Assembly: GCA_013289715.1 (NCBI GenBank)
Contig: JABCZJ010000013.1
Span: 43,118 to 107,117 of the forward strand
Direction: 5' to 3'
DNA length: 64,000 nucleotides
Source of the DNA: Acidobacteriota bacterium
Lineage (GTDB): Bacteria; Acidobacteriota; Terriglobia; Acidiferrales; UBA7541
A program made the translations under genes and the position numbers. Below are positions 20,809 through 30,692 of the stretch, one piece after another. The notes below the pieces were generated by a model. It was not told the origin of the DNA, made no database searches, and worked only from the letters and a program-made list of their open reading frames with translations. Numbering within the stretch: position 1 is the stretch's first letter; every line of letters starts with the position of its first letter.

Positions 20809-21456
20809 CTAAGAAATCTGCGTCGCGTCAGCCGCTGGCAATGATCGCCCCGCCCGCAGCTCCTGCCACGTATAAACCACGCGATGAATCACCGTAATCG
20901 TCGAGACCACCGCGATCACCCACAGCACTTGCGCCATGCGATTAAACGCGCCGCCCATGATCAGCAGCACCAACCGCTCGGGCCGCTCCATAAATCCCAC
21001 TTTGCACAAAGGAATAATCGATTCCGCCCGCGCCCGCGCATAACTCACCATGAACGAGCTCGCCATCGCCACGGCGGCGAGCGCCATATAAAACGGCCGC
21101 CCGATCAACGTGTAATGCACCACCAATCCCATATACAAAGCCAAATCCGAATAACGGTCCAGCGTCGAATCCAGAAACGCGCCAAACGCCGTCACCCGTC
21201 CCACGCGCCGCGCCACTTGCCCATCGGCCATATCCAAAAATCCCGCGAGAAACAAGACCGCCGCGGCCTGCCGGAACAGCCCCATCGCAAAAAGCGCCGC
21301 GGCCCAAGAATTCACCGCCAGCCCCAAAAACGTAAACATATTCGGCGTAATGCCCGTCGCCGCGAGGCCACTTACCACATGGCGCAGCAGCCATCCGCCG
21401 CCTTCGCCAATCCAATACGTGGGCGGCTTCTTCCGTTCGATTGCGCTGTTGTCCAT
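20809..21456 (-). CDS. CDP-alcohol phosphatidyltransferase family protein
   Basis: 'DMADGQVARRVGRVTAFGAFLDSTLDRYSD' matches D-G-x2-A-R-x8-G-x3-D-x3-D. The protein is polytopic. ATG at 21456; the longer ORF to 21534 overlaps scoB. Confidence 0.85.
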   Translation of the reverse strand: MDNSAIERKKPPTYWIGEGGGWLLRHVVSGLAATGITPNMFTFLGLAVNSWAAALFAMGLFRQAAAVLFLAGFLDMADGQVARRVGRVTAFGAFLDSTLDRYSDLALYMGLVVHYTLIGRPFYMALAAVAMASSFMVSYARARAESIIPLCKVGFMERPERLVLLIMGGAFNRMAQVLWVIAVVSTITVIHRVVYTWQELRAGRSLPAADATQIS

Positions 21457-21502
21457 GGTCAAAAAATCATACTCCGAATCCCCAGTAACAGAAATCCCGC
21501 GC

Positions 21503-22180
21503 TCACTTCGTCCGCAGCGCCATCTCCGGAACATTTTCGCTGCAACGCAATTTCGGCTCCGTCTGCTCCTGCACTTCCTCCGGCGTAAATCCCGGAGCCA
21601 CCTCGCGCAACACCAATCCGTCAGTCGTCACATCAATCACCGCCAAATCCGTGATAATGGTATTCACGCACTCAATCGCCGTCAGCGGATAACTGCAAGC
21701 GGTCACGATTTTGCGCTGGCCATCCTTCGAATTATGCTCCATCGTGACGATCAATTTCTCCGCACCCACGGAAATGTCCATCGCCCCGCCAATCCCGCCT
21801 GCGCCCTTCGCACCTGGCACCCGCCAATTCGCCAGATCGCCGCGTTCCGAAACCTGCAATCCGCCCAGAATACATATGTCCAGATGCCCGCCCCGCGTCA
21901 TTACATGCGCATCCACCTGCGAAAAATAAGCCGCGCCAGGCACCAGCGTCACTGGCACCTTCATCGCATCCACCAGATCGTAATCTTCCTCGCCCGCTTT
22001 CGCGCGCGGACCCATACCCAGAATTCCATTCTCGCTGTGAAAATAAACCACCACGTCTTTCGGCACGTACGCCGCAATCAGATTCGGTATCCCCCAACCC
22101 AAATTCACGTAAGCCCCGTCCGGCAGTTCCAGCGCCGCGCGTTCCGCGATCTGCTCCCGCGTCAGCCGCGCCTTAGGCAT
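21503..22180 (-). CDS. scoB: 3-oxoacid CoA-transferase subunit B
   Basis: 'REQIAERAALELPDGAYVNLGWGIP…' and 'SENG' (the catalytic Glu region) are typical of the family I CoA-transferase beta subunit. It overlaps the upstream subunit A gene. Confidence 0.9.
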   Translation of the reverse strand: MPKARLTREQIAERAALELPDGAYVNLGWGIPNLIAAYVPKDVVVYFHSENGILGMGPRAKAGEEDYDLVDAMKVPVTLVPGAAYFSQVDAHVMTRGGHLDICILGGLQVSERGDLANWRVPGAKGAGGIGGAMDISVGAEKLIVTMEHNSKDGQRKIVTACSYPLTAIECVNTIITDLAVIDVTTDGLVLREVAPGFTPEEVQEQTEPKLRCSENVPEMALRTK

Positions 22181-22853
22181 TGTGAATTCCCTTGGCCACC
22201 ACGATGCGGTCCACGTAAATCGAAGGCGTCACAATCGTTTCCGGATCCAGCGTCCCCGTTTCCACCACTTCATCCACTTCCACAATCGTGATCTTCGCCG
22301 CCGTCGCCATAATCGGATTAAAATTTCGCGCGGCCTTGCGATACACCAGATTCCCCATGCGATCCGCGCGATAAGCCTTGATGAACGCGTAGTCCGCGCC
22401 CAGCGCCTGCTCCAAAATATACCGCTTGCCGCGAATCACGCGCTCTTCCTTGCCTTTCGCGACGTCCGTCCCCACTCCGACAGGCGAATAAAACGCCGGA
22501 ATGCCAGCCCCAAACGCGCGCATCCGCTCGCACAGGATTCCCTGTGGCACCAGCTCCAGCTCCACTTCGCCCGCATCGAATTGCTGCTGAAAGTAAGTCG
22601 CGCCCGGTCCCGGAAACGCCGCCACCACATGCCGGATCTGCCGGTTCTTGAAAAGAATCCCCAGCTCGCCGTCGCCCGTTCCACAATTATTGCTGATTAC
22701 GCGCAAATTGCGCGCGCCCCGCCGCGCCAGCCCCTGAATCAAATTATTGGGAAACCCCGCCCCGCCGAATCCGCCGAACATGACGATAGCGCCATCGGGG
22801 ACATCTGCGACCGCAAGGTCCACCGAAGCAAGTACTCTGTCTTTTCGATTCAT
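22173..22853 (-). CDS. scoA: 3-oxoacid CoA-transferase subunit A
   Basis: 'DGAIVMFGGFGGAGFPNNLI…' is a typical alpha-subunit N-terminus. The two subunit genes are arranged as an overlapping pair. Confidence 0.9.
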   Translation of the reverse strand: MNRKDRVLASVDLAVADVPDGAIVMFGGFGGAGFPNNLIQGLARRGARNLRVISNNCGTGDGELGILFKNRQIRHVVAAFPGPGATYFQQQFDAGEVELELVPQGILCERMRAFGAGIPAFYSPVGVGTDVAKGKEERVIRGKRYILEQALGADYAFIKAYRADRMGNLVYRKAARNFNPIMATAAKITIVEVDEVVETGTLDPETIVTPSIYVDRIVVAKGIHNA

Positions 22854-23271
22854 ATTTGAAAGTGCCGGGGCAGTGCCGAACCCCGTGCTTCGTATAATGA
22901 TATATCCGTTTGATTCCCCTCTTCGATAAATACCACAATCCCCCCAAAACGCCGAACCGCCGCCCGCCGCGCCAGGCCTCAGCTGCTAGCTCCCGCGGCT
23001 AGATAAAAAAACTTTAGCGTCGGCGTGAGAACTCGAGAATCGTCCGAGCCGTTTCTAGCCACTCGCCACGAATCACGAGCCGCTGATTTTTTCCCAAACG
23101 CCTTTATCCCACGTCTGTCAAAATCGAACCCGCACCTGTCAGAAATCACCACGGGAATCAATCTTTTGCTACCGCATATCATACGGCGAGTGCCAAACCA
23201 TTTTTCACCGTGTACCGCCCGCCTCGTCTACAATCTCGAGCGACGCGGCTGCGCGGCCCGCCATCCACTAC

Positions 23272-24624
23272 ATGACTTCTCCACCGGCAAAACCGCGCTC
23301 CCCATTCCGCGAAGAAGAACTCGGCCCCATCCCCCGCCGCCGCTGGGTGATCGCGTGCGTGCTGGGCCTCGGTGTGCTGATAAATTATTTTGACCGCGTC
23401 AACATTTCGGTGTCGCAGGATGCGCTGCACGCGGCATTTGGCATCAACGCCGTGCAGTTCGGCTACCTCTTGAGCGCCTACAGCTGGACCTACGCCGCGC
23501 TGCAACTTCCCTGCGGCGTGCTACTCGACCGCTTCGGCGTAAAGCTCGTCGGCCGAGTCAGCACCCTACTCTGGAGCGTCGCGTCCTTCGGCGCAGCGGC
23601 CGCCGCCGGCGTGGGAAGTTTTTTCGCCGCGCGTTTGTTGCTTGGAGTTGGCGAAGCTCCCACCTTCCCGGGCAATTCCAAAGCCGTCGGCTACTGGTTT
23701 CCATCGCACGAACGGAGCCTCGCCACGGCGATTTTCGATGCGGCGTCGAAATTCGGCCCGGCCGTCGGAGTGCCGCTGCTCGGCCTGCTGTTGATTCACT
23801 TCGGCTGGCGCTGGAGTTTTGCCGCCACCGGCATTCTCAGCTTTCTCTATTTTTTATTGTTCTACTGGCTGTACCGCAATCCCAGCGAAGATCGATCCCT
23901 CACCGCCAACGAGCGCGAATTCATCGTGCGCGGCGGCGCGCAAGCCGAAGGCCACGGCAACATAAGACAAAGCAGCTCGCTCGCCTACCTGCTGCGCCAA
24001 CGCAAAGTGCAAGGCCTGGTGCTCGGCTTCGCCGCCTACAATTACACTTTCTATCTGCTGCTTACGTGGCTGCCCAGCTATCTGTCCTCGGCTCTGCACG
24101 TAAATCTGCTGCACTCCGTGCTGTATTCCAGCGTGCCGTGGCTGTTCGCCACTTTCACAGACTTTTTCATCGGCGGCTGGCTGGTCAACGCGCTCATCCA
24201 TCGCGGACGCGATGCTTCGCTCGTCCGCCAATGCGTTTTGGTAGGAGGCACCGCCTTCGGCCTGGGCATCCTGGGCGCCGCGCGCGCACACACACCCAGC
24301 AGCGCGCTTTTCTGGATCAGCGTATCGCTGGGAGGTCTTGCCGCCGCGGCTCCGGTCGGCTGGTCCATTCCGTCGCTGATTGCACCGGAAGGGAGCGTGG
24401 GAGCTCTCGGTGGAATACTAAATTTCGGGAATCAATTGTCGGCCATTGTCGCGCCGATCGTCACCGGATATGTGGTGGCGGCCACGCAGTCCTTCGCGTG
24501 GGCCTTCGTCGTGGCTACTGCCTTCCTGCTCGCGGGCATCGGCGGGTACGTCTTCTGGCTGGGCCGCATTGAGGCGATTCCTGAGCCGATCAGCACAGAC
24601 CCAATGTCCAGCGAGTCAAACTAA
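23272..24624 (+). CDS. MFS transporter, anion:cation symporter (ACS) type, sugar-acid transporter-like
   Basis: 450 aa and 12-TM-like. 'LINYFDRVNISVSQ' and 'LLGVGEAPTFPG' are typical of hexuronate/galactonate-type MFS transporters. Confidence 0.8.
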   Translation: MTSPPAKPRSPFREEELGPIPRRRWVIACVLGLGVLINYFDRVNISVSQDALHAAFGINAVQFGYLLSAYSWTYAALQLPCGVLLDRFGVKLVGRVSTLLWSVASFGAAAAAGVGSFFAARLLLGVGEAPTFPGNSKAVGYWFPSHERSLATAIFDAASKFGPAVGVPLLGLLLIHFGWRWSFAATGILSFLYFLLFYWLYRNPSEDRSLTANEREFIVRGGAQAEGHGNIRQSSSLAYLLRQRKVQGLVLGFAAYNYTFYLLLTWLPSYLSSALHVNLLHSVLYSSVPWLFATFTDFFIGGWLVNALIHRGRDASLVRQCVLVGGTAFGLGILGAARAHTPSSALFWISVSLGGLAAAAPVGWSIPSLIAPEGSVGALGGILNFGNQLSAIVAPIVTGYVVAATQSFAWAFVVATAFLLAGIGGYVFWLGRIEAIPEPISTDPMSSESN

Positions 24625-24635
24625 TCGCCAGAGTT

Positions 24636-25739
24636 TCACTGCGCCGGATAGTGTTTCTTCGCCTGCGTGCGCGAATTGAATACGTCGAAGCTCCCATCCG
24701 CATATCCGGTCAATTCCAAATAATTACCTGCGTCCGGCCCCGGCGGATTGGCGATAAATTCCGCGGGAACGTTGTGCGCCGGGCCGCCCTCATCCGAAAA
24801 ATGCACTTGCCACAAATTCTCCAGATGCGGCGATTTTTCGATGAGGTCCCAAGTCGAAGGTGTGCCGCCCTTTTTCGCGCCGTTATCCATGATTGCCACC
24901 CGCGGCGCAATCCCATACACCAATGCCGGGCTGCTGCTCTGCTGCCATCCATGATGCGAAACAATGTACACATCCACCTTCCCCAACTTATTCACCGGGC
25001 ACATCAATTCCATTTCCTTGTCCCAGGTCAGGTCGCCCAAATCCAGCAGGCGCAGCTTTCCGAAGGTGATGAAGGTTCCCAGCGAACGCAGATTTTCCGT
25101 TTTGTCCGCGGGGCGCGTCTCCGACTCCTTGCAAGCCGCATTCTCCTGCCCTGCTCCCGGCAGCGGCTTTTCGATCAACGCGCCATCCGCGCTGATCACC
25201 TCCACGCGCATTCCCTCAACCGGCAGCACCTCGCCCGGCTTTGGCGTAATCCGTTTGTATTTTCCAGTCGCGAGCAGCGCCTGATAAGCCTGCCAACCCT
25301 GCACGGTCGGCCCGTCTGTGCTCTCGCGATTCTCACCATGATCAATGAACGTAGCGATCGGAATCCGCGCGGCGAGTTGCGGCGCCCCGCCAACGTGGTC
25401 TTCATGAAAATGCGTGATCAACACGTAATCAAGTTTGTTGAGTCCCGCGTCTTTTGCCGCCGCCACGATGCGGTCCGCGTCCCGCCCATTGTTCCCGTCC
25501 CAGCCCGTGTCAATCAGCAGCGACTGCCCCTGAGGGGTAACAAACAAAGTCGCCTGCCCTCCCTCCACATCCACAAAATAAACCCGCAGTGACTTTTCGG
25601 CCGCTGACGAAGCTCCAGCCGGAGTCGCGATCGTTGCCGCCAGCAGCGCAATCGTGGCCAAACTGGCGCACACCGCCGCAAAAACTACGACGCTCAACGC
25701 TTTTCTGAAATCCAATCCGTGACGCGGGGAACGAGTCAT
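24636..25739 (-). CDS. Secreted MBL-fold metallo-hydrolase
   Basis: It has a signal peptide and the 'VLITHFHEDHVGG' (HxHxDH) zinc motif. Confidence 0.85.
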   Translation of the reverse strand: MTRSPRHGLDFRKALSVVVFAAVCASLATIALLAATIATPAGASSAAEKSLRVYFVDVEGGQATLFVTPQGQSLLIDTGWDGNNGRDADRIVAAAKDAGLNKLDYVLITHFHEDHVGGAPQLAARIPIATFIDHGENRESTDGPTVQGWQAYQALLATGKYKRITPKPGEVLPVEGMRVEVISADGALIEKPLPGAGQENAACKESETRPADKTENLRSLGTFITFGKLRLLDLGDLTWDKEMELMCPVNKLGKVDVYIVSHHGWQQSSSPALVYGIAPRVAIMDNGAKKGGTPSTWDLIEKSPHLENLWQVHFSDEGGPAHNVPAEFIANPPGPDAGNYLELTGYADGSFDVFNSRTQAKKHYPAQ

Positions 25740-26020
25740 GCCAAAGCTCCTAAGTCACCACTGTTCATTCTCGCGAACAACCTTGCCGACAAAGATAGTC
25801 AGTCCGCCGCTGCATTTCGTCAACACACTTGTTAGAGCCATTTGGCTCAGCGTGCGGCAGTTTCCGAGGTCGCGCCAAGTAAATCCGTGACGCCAGTTGC
25901 AACCTTTCGTCCGCAATATAATCCTATCTACTGATGACGCCAACCCCGTTGCGAAATCTCGAACCGAAGCGGGCCAAATACACATCGCAATTTTGATTCT
26001 CCGCGGAAGGAGCACCATAA

Positions 26021-27103
26021 ATGAAATTCAGAAAACTGGGCAATACCGGACTCATCGTCAGCGAAGTCGCCCTCGGCACCATGCAATTCGGCGGCAAGAT
26101 GAACATGGGCAACCTCGATCAGGACGCCACCACGCGCATGGTGAAGTTCGCCCTCGACAAAGGCGTCAACTTCATTGACACCGCCGACGTGTATAGCCTG
26201 GGAGAAAGTGAAACCCTGGTGGGAAATGCGCTGCAGGGCGTACGCAAGGAAATCGTCCTTGCCACGAAAGTCCGCCTGCCCATGAGCGACAATCTCAATC
26301 ATAGCGGCGCAACCCGCGTGAACATCCTGCGCGAAGTGGAGGACAGCCTCCGCCGCCTGCAAACCGACTACCTCGATCTCTACCAAATCCACGGATGGGA
26401 CAGCAACACGCCGCTCGAAGAAACTCTGCGCACCCTCGACGACATCGTGCGCCAGGGCAAAGTCCGCTACATTGGCCTCTCCAACTACATGTCCTGGCAA
26501 GCCGCCACCGCCGTGATGCTGCAGCAAAATCTGGGCCTGGAGAAATTTGTCACGGCCCAGATGTACTACAGCCTCGTCGGCCGCGGTCTCGAATACGAGT
26601 TTCAGTCGTTCGCCGAATATCACAACATCGGCATCCTGGTTTGGAGCGCGCTCGCCGGCGGTTTTCTCTCCGGCAAATACACTCGCGCGAATCCAACTCC
26701 CGCCGGCACGCGATTCGCCGAAGCAGGCGCGTTCGTTCCCTTCGACAAAGATCTCGGCTACCGCGTAGTGGATACGCTGAAAGAAATTGCCGCGCGACAT
26801 CACGTAAGCCCCGCGCGCGTCGCGCTTTCCTGGACGCTGGCACGCCCGGCCGTCAGCAGTGTAATCGTAGCCGCCCGCAAGCTCGAGCAGCTGGAAGACA
26901 ATATCGCCGCCGTCGATCTGCAGCTCGCGCCAGAAGACATCCGCCAACTAGACGCAGCGTCCGACCCCGGCGTCCCCTATCCAAAATGGATGGTCCTTCA
27001 ACTAGACGTCGCCGAAGACCCGCGCTCGAAAGCGCTCTACCCCGAACGCTACGCCGACGGCGGCGCGTGGAAAGACCTGCGAGACGGCCGCTGGTCCGGC
27101 TAG
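26021..27103 (+). CDS. Aldo/keto reductase
   Basis: 'MKFRKLGNTGLIVSEVALGTMQFG…FIDTADVY…LDLYQIH…VRYIGLSN' are canonical AKR blocks. An SD (GGAAGGAG) lies upstream. Confidence 0.9.
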   Translation: MKFRKLGNTGLIVSEVALGTMQFGGKMNMGNLDQDATTRMVKFALDKGVNFIDTADVYSLGESETLVGNALQGVRKEIVLATKVRLPMSDNLNHSGATRVNILREVEDSLRRLQTDYLDLYQIHGWDSNTPLEETLRTLDDIVRQGKVRYIGLSNYMSWQAATAVMLQQNLGLEKFVTAQMYYSLVGRGLEYEFQSFAEYHNIGILVWSALAGGFLSGKYTRANPTPAGTRFAEAGAFVPFDKDLGYRVVDTLKEIAARHHVSPARVALSWTLARPAVSSVIVAARKLEQLEDNIAAVDLQLAPEDIRQLDAASDPGVPYPKWMVLQLDVAEDPRSKALYPERYADGGAWKDLRDGRWSG

Positions 27104-27476
27104 GCTCGCGCCCTAATCACCGCGAGCGGGTGCCCCGCCCTTCGTTTTTGAAGGGTGGGAGTTCCGATGCTCCATCACCGGCGGCGCAAATCCGCAGATC
27201 ACCTTCGTCTTGCCGGAGCCGCCTGATTCATTTTGAGATATCATGGCAGCGTTTTGTTTCGCGCCGGCGCAATGGGATACTGCGGTACGGCGGGTTTGTT
27301 TCGGCGAACCGCACATTTCGCGGAAACATCACGCGCACGCGTCCGTGTAGAAATATTGTCACCGCGCCACCAGCAACGCGCGAGTAAACGTTTTCAGGTG
27401 CGGCAATACCGCTTGCAGAACTGCAAGTCGCGCGACAGACGATTTTGCGCCCCAACCGGCGCGGAGATTCGCACCC

Positions 27477-29198
27477 ATGACCATGAAAAAATTGCGCAGC
27501 CAGGAATGGTTCGGCCGCAAAGACCGCGACGGTTTCATCTATCGTAGCTGGATGAAAAATCAAGGCTGGCCGCACGACATGTTCAATGGCCGCCCCGTGA
27601 TCGGCATCTGCAACACCTGGTCCGAACTCACGCCTTGCAACGCACACTTCCGCGAAATTGCCGAATGGGTAAAGCGCGGGGTGTGGGAAGCAGGCGGCTT
27701 TCCGCTGGAATTTCCGGTGATGTCGCTCGGCGAAACTTTGCTGCGTCCCACCGCGATGCTCTTCCGCAATCTGGCCAGCATGGACGTGGAAGAATCCATC
27801 CGCGGCAATCCGATTGACGGAGTCGTCCTGCTGATGGGTTGCGACAAAACCACGCCTTCCCTGCTGATGGGCGCTGCGTCCTGCGACTTGCCCACCATCG
27901 GCCTTTCTGGCGGGCCCATGCTTAACGGAAAATTTCAGGGACACGATATCGGCTCCGGCACGGGCGTGTGGCAAATGTCCGAAAAAGTTCGCTCCGGGCA
28001 AATGAAGCTCGAGGAGTTCTTCGAAGCCGAAAGCTGCATGCATCGCTCAAAAGGTCATTGCATGACGATGGGCACTGCTTCGACGATGGCCAGCATGGTC
28101 GAAGCGCTGGGCATGGCCTTGCCGGGAAACGCCGCCATCCCCGCCGTGGACGCGCGCCGCCACACGCTTGCGCAATTCACCGGCCGCCGCATTGTAGAGA
28201 TGGTCAAACAGGATCTGCGCATGTCGCAAATTCTGACGCGCGCCGCATTTCAGAATGCGATTCGCGCTAACGCTGCGATCGGCGGTTCCACCAACGCTGT
28301 GATTCATCTGATTGCCATCGCCGGACGCATTGGAGTTCCGCTAACGCTCGCTGAATTCGATACGCTCGCATCGCACCTTCCGTGCCTGGTGAATCTGCAG
28401 CCGTCCGGCGCGTATCTGATGGAAGATTTTTTCTACGCGGGCGCCCTGCCCGCCGTCCTGCGAGAGCTAGGCGAAAATGGCGCGCTGGATCGCGATGCGC
28501 TCACCGTGAATGGCCAGACCATTTGGAAAAATGTCGCGGAGGCTCCTTGCTGGAATCGCGAAGTAATCCACACCTTCGCCAACCCCTTCAAACAGAATTC
28601 CGGCATCGCCGTGCTGCGCGGCAATCTTGCACCCGATGGCGCAGTCATCAAGCTCTCCGCCGCCAGTCCTCAATTGCTGCAGCACACCGGGCGCGCCGTG
28701 GTCTTCGATTCCATCGAAGATTTTTACGCGCGCATTGATCGGGAAGATCTCGACATCGACGAAACCTGCGTGATGGTACTGCAAAATTGCGGCCCGCGCG
28801 GCTATCCCGGCATGGCGGAAGTCGGCAACATGCCGCTGCCGCCGAAAATTCTTCGCAAAGGCGTGAAAGACATGGTCCGCATTTCCGACGCGCGCATGAG
28901 CGGCACCGCCTACGGGACAGTGGTGCTGCACGCTTCGCCCGAAGCCGCAGCCGGCGGCCCGTTGGCGCTCGCGCGTTCCGGCGACACGATCACGCTAGAC
29001 GTGCCCGCTCGCTCGATTCGCCTGAATGTGGACGACGCCACGCTAGCCGCACGCCGCGCCCAATGGACGCCGCCGCCGTCGCCCGCTCGCGGCTACGTAA
29101 AGCTCTACACCGAGCACGTGCAGCAAGCAAATCTAGGCGCCGACCTCGACTTCCTGGTTGGCAAGAGCGGCGCGCCAGTAGCCCGCGACAATCATTAG
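27477..29198 (+). CDS. IlvD/Edd-family dehydratase (sugar-acid dehydratase-like)
   Basis: 573 aa. 'PVIGICNTWSELTPCNAH', 'CDKTTPS' and 'SDARMSGTAYG' are IlvD/Edd family blocks. The context suggests an aldonate dehydratase. Confidence 0.9.
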   Translation: MTMKKLRSQEWFGRKDRDGFIYRSWMKNQGWPHDMFNGRPVIGICNTWSELTPCNAHFREIAEWVKRGVWEAGGFPLEFPVMSLGETLLRPTAMLFRNLASMDVEESIRGNPIDGVVLLMGCDKTTPSLLMGAASCDLPTIGLSGGPMLNGKFQGHDIGSGTGVWQMSEKVRSGQMKLEEFFEAESCMHRSKGHCMTMGTASTMASMVEALGMALPGNAAIPAVDARRHTLAQFTGRRIVEMVKQDLRMSQILTRAAFQNAIRANAAIGGSTNAVIHLIAIAGRIGVPLTLAEFDTLASHLPCLVNLQPSGAYLMEDFFYAGALPAVLRELGENGALDRDALTVNGQTIWKNVAEAPCWNREVIHTFANPFKQNSGIAVLRGNLAPDGAVIKLSAASPQLLQHTGRAVVFDSIEDFYARIDREDLDIDETCVMVLQNCGPRGYPGMAEVGNMPLPPKILRKGVKDMVRISDARMSGTAYGTVVLHASPEAAAGGPLALARSGDTITLDVPARSIRLNVDDATLAARRAQWTPPPSPARGYVKLYTEHVQQANLGADLDFLVGKSGAPVARDNH

Positions 29199-29204
29199 GG
29201 AGCG

Positions 29205-29390
29205 GTTGATTTTGTAGCGCCGGAGTCTCGCCGACTTTTTTGTCTTTGACGTTGCTTTTGAATTTGTAGCGGCCGGTTCAGGTTCATGGAACCGGGCAGC
29301 CGTTGCCGTCGGTTTTGACTTTGACGTAGCGGCCGCCTGCTCTTTTTTTTGTACGGGCGTTGTTGACGTTGCTCTTGAATTTGTCTCTGC
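29205..29390. repeat. Cluster of family-A REP-like units (at least 4 sub-units)
   Basis: Four related sub-units occur in series: 'ttgattttgtagcgcc…', 'tttgacgttgcttttgaatttgtagcggccggttcaggttcatggaaccggg…', 'ttttgactttgacgtagcggcc…' and 'gttgacgttgctcttgaatttgtc'. Related copies lie at 636-705 and 3271-3337. Confidence 0.5.
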
Positions 29391-29417
29391 TTGAGCAATT
29401 AACCCAGGGAGCCCAAA

Positions 29418-30683
29418 ATGTTGCGCTGGCGGATCGCAATACTGGTAAGCGCCGCGATCGCCATCAGCTATCTCGACCGTCAAACCCTCCCCGTGGCCGT
29501 AAAAGCCATCAGCAAAGACATCCCACTCACGAACGTGCAATTCTCCAATCTCCAATCAGCCTTCCTGCTCGCCTACGCCTTCATGTACGCAGGCGGCGGC
29601 AAACTTTCGGACACACTCGGCACGCGCCGCGGCTTCATGGTGATCATGATTTTCTGGTCGCTAGCGTGCGCCAGCCACGGCCTGGCGTTAACTTTCGCCA
29701 TGCTCGCCGTCAGCCGCTTCCTGCTGGGCATGGGCGAAGGCGGCGGCTTCCCCACCGCGACCCGCGCCGTAGCCGAATGGTTTTCAGTGAACGAACGAGC
29801 CACCGCTATGGGCATAATCAACGGAGGCACCGCCGTGGGTGCGGTCGTCGCGCCACCACTCATCGCGGTGATTCTCCTGTACCTAAACTGGCGCTGGATT
29901 TTTTTCATCACCGGCGCGCTGGGCCTGCTCTGGACCGCCTGGTGGAGAAAATCCTACTACCCTCCGAGCGAACATCCCGCGCTTGGCGCGCAGGATCTCG
30001 ACAAACTTCCGCCAATCGTCGCTCTCTCCGCCGCCACAAGAAAAATCGCGTGGCTCGATCTGCTGCGCTTCAAAGAAACCTGGGGCATCGTCACCGCAAA
30101 ATTCCTCAGCGACGCCGCCTGGTACTTCTATCTCTTCTGGCTGCCAAAATATCTCTACGACGCGCGCAACTTCGACATCAAAGCCGTCGGCGCCGTAGCC
30201 TGGATCCCCAACGCTGCTGCAGGCATCGGATGCTTGCTAGGTGGCTGGTTCTCAAGCCATCTGGTCCGCCGCAATCTCACAGTGAACGCAGCCCGCAAGG
30301 TCGCCCTCGGCCTAAGCGCCGCAGTAATGCCGCTGATCCTGCTGGTTACGCGCGCTCCCATCGCCTGGGCCATTGCAATCTTCAGCCTGGCATATTTCGG
30401 CCAGCAGTCCTGGTCCACGATGGTCATGGTTTTGCCCACGGATCTTTTTCCCAGCAGCGTAGTGGGCGCAGTAGCAGGCATGATCGGTTTCGGCGGCGCC
30501 ATCGGCGGCATTCTTTTCGGAGAACTGGCCGGTTACCTGCTCGATCACGGATTCGGCTACGAGACAGTATTCACTCTAGCCGCCACATTTCACGTAATCG
30601 CTTTTCTCGTGATACTAACGACGGTGCCCAAAGTCGCCCCGCTGAATATGGCGCAAACACTAGCAGCAGAAACCAGCTCATGA
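29418..30683 (+). CDS. MFS transporter (ACS / hexuronate-transporter-like)
   Basis: 421 aa and 12-TM-like. It has 'ISYLDRQTLPVA' and 'LLGMGEGGGFP' motifs. Confidence 0.8.
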   Translation: MLRWRIAILVSAAIAISYLDRQTLPVAVKAISKDIPLTNVQFSNLQSAFLLAYAFMYAGGGKLSDTLGTRRGFMVIMIFWSLACASHGLALTFAMLAVSRFLLGMGEGGGFPTATRAVAEWFSVNERATAMGIINGGTAVGAVVAPPLIAVILLYLNWRWIFFITGALGLLWTAWWRKSYYPPSEHPALGAQDLDKLPPIVALSAATRKIAWLDLLRFKETWGIVTAKFLSDAAWYFYLFWLPKYLYDARNFDIKAVGAVAWIPNAAAGIGCLLGGWFSSHLVRRNLTVNAARKVALGLSAAVMPLILLVTRAPIAWAIAIFSLAYFGQQSWSTMVMVLPTDLFPSSVVGAVAGMIGFGGAIGGILFGELAGYLLDHGFGYETVFTLAATFHVIAFLVILTTVPKVAPLNMAQTLAAETSS

Positions 30684-30692
30684 AGGAGCCCC

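Noticed and set aside
25928-26947. Long antisense ORFs inside confident genes. Examples are 25928-26947(-), 20083-20793(-), 30936-31586(-), 57144-58136(-), 60953-61789(-), 16505-17062(-) and 51940-52932(+).
   Set aside because: These are typical high-GC shadow ORFs. Their translations are Arg/Gly/Ala/Pro-rich with no motifs, and the opposite strand carries clear family signatures.
29205-29390. A CRISPR array or tandem minisatellite in the repeat-rich spacer upstream of the second MFS gene.
   Set aside because: The units are irregular in length and spacing and are only partially similar. No cas genes are present. The same unit type occurs singly at 636 and 3271, which is REP-like behaviour.
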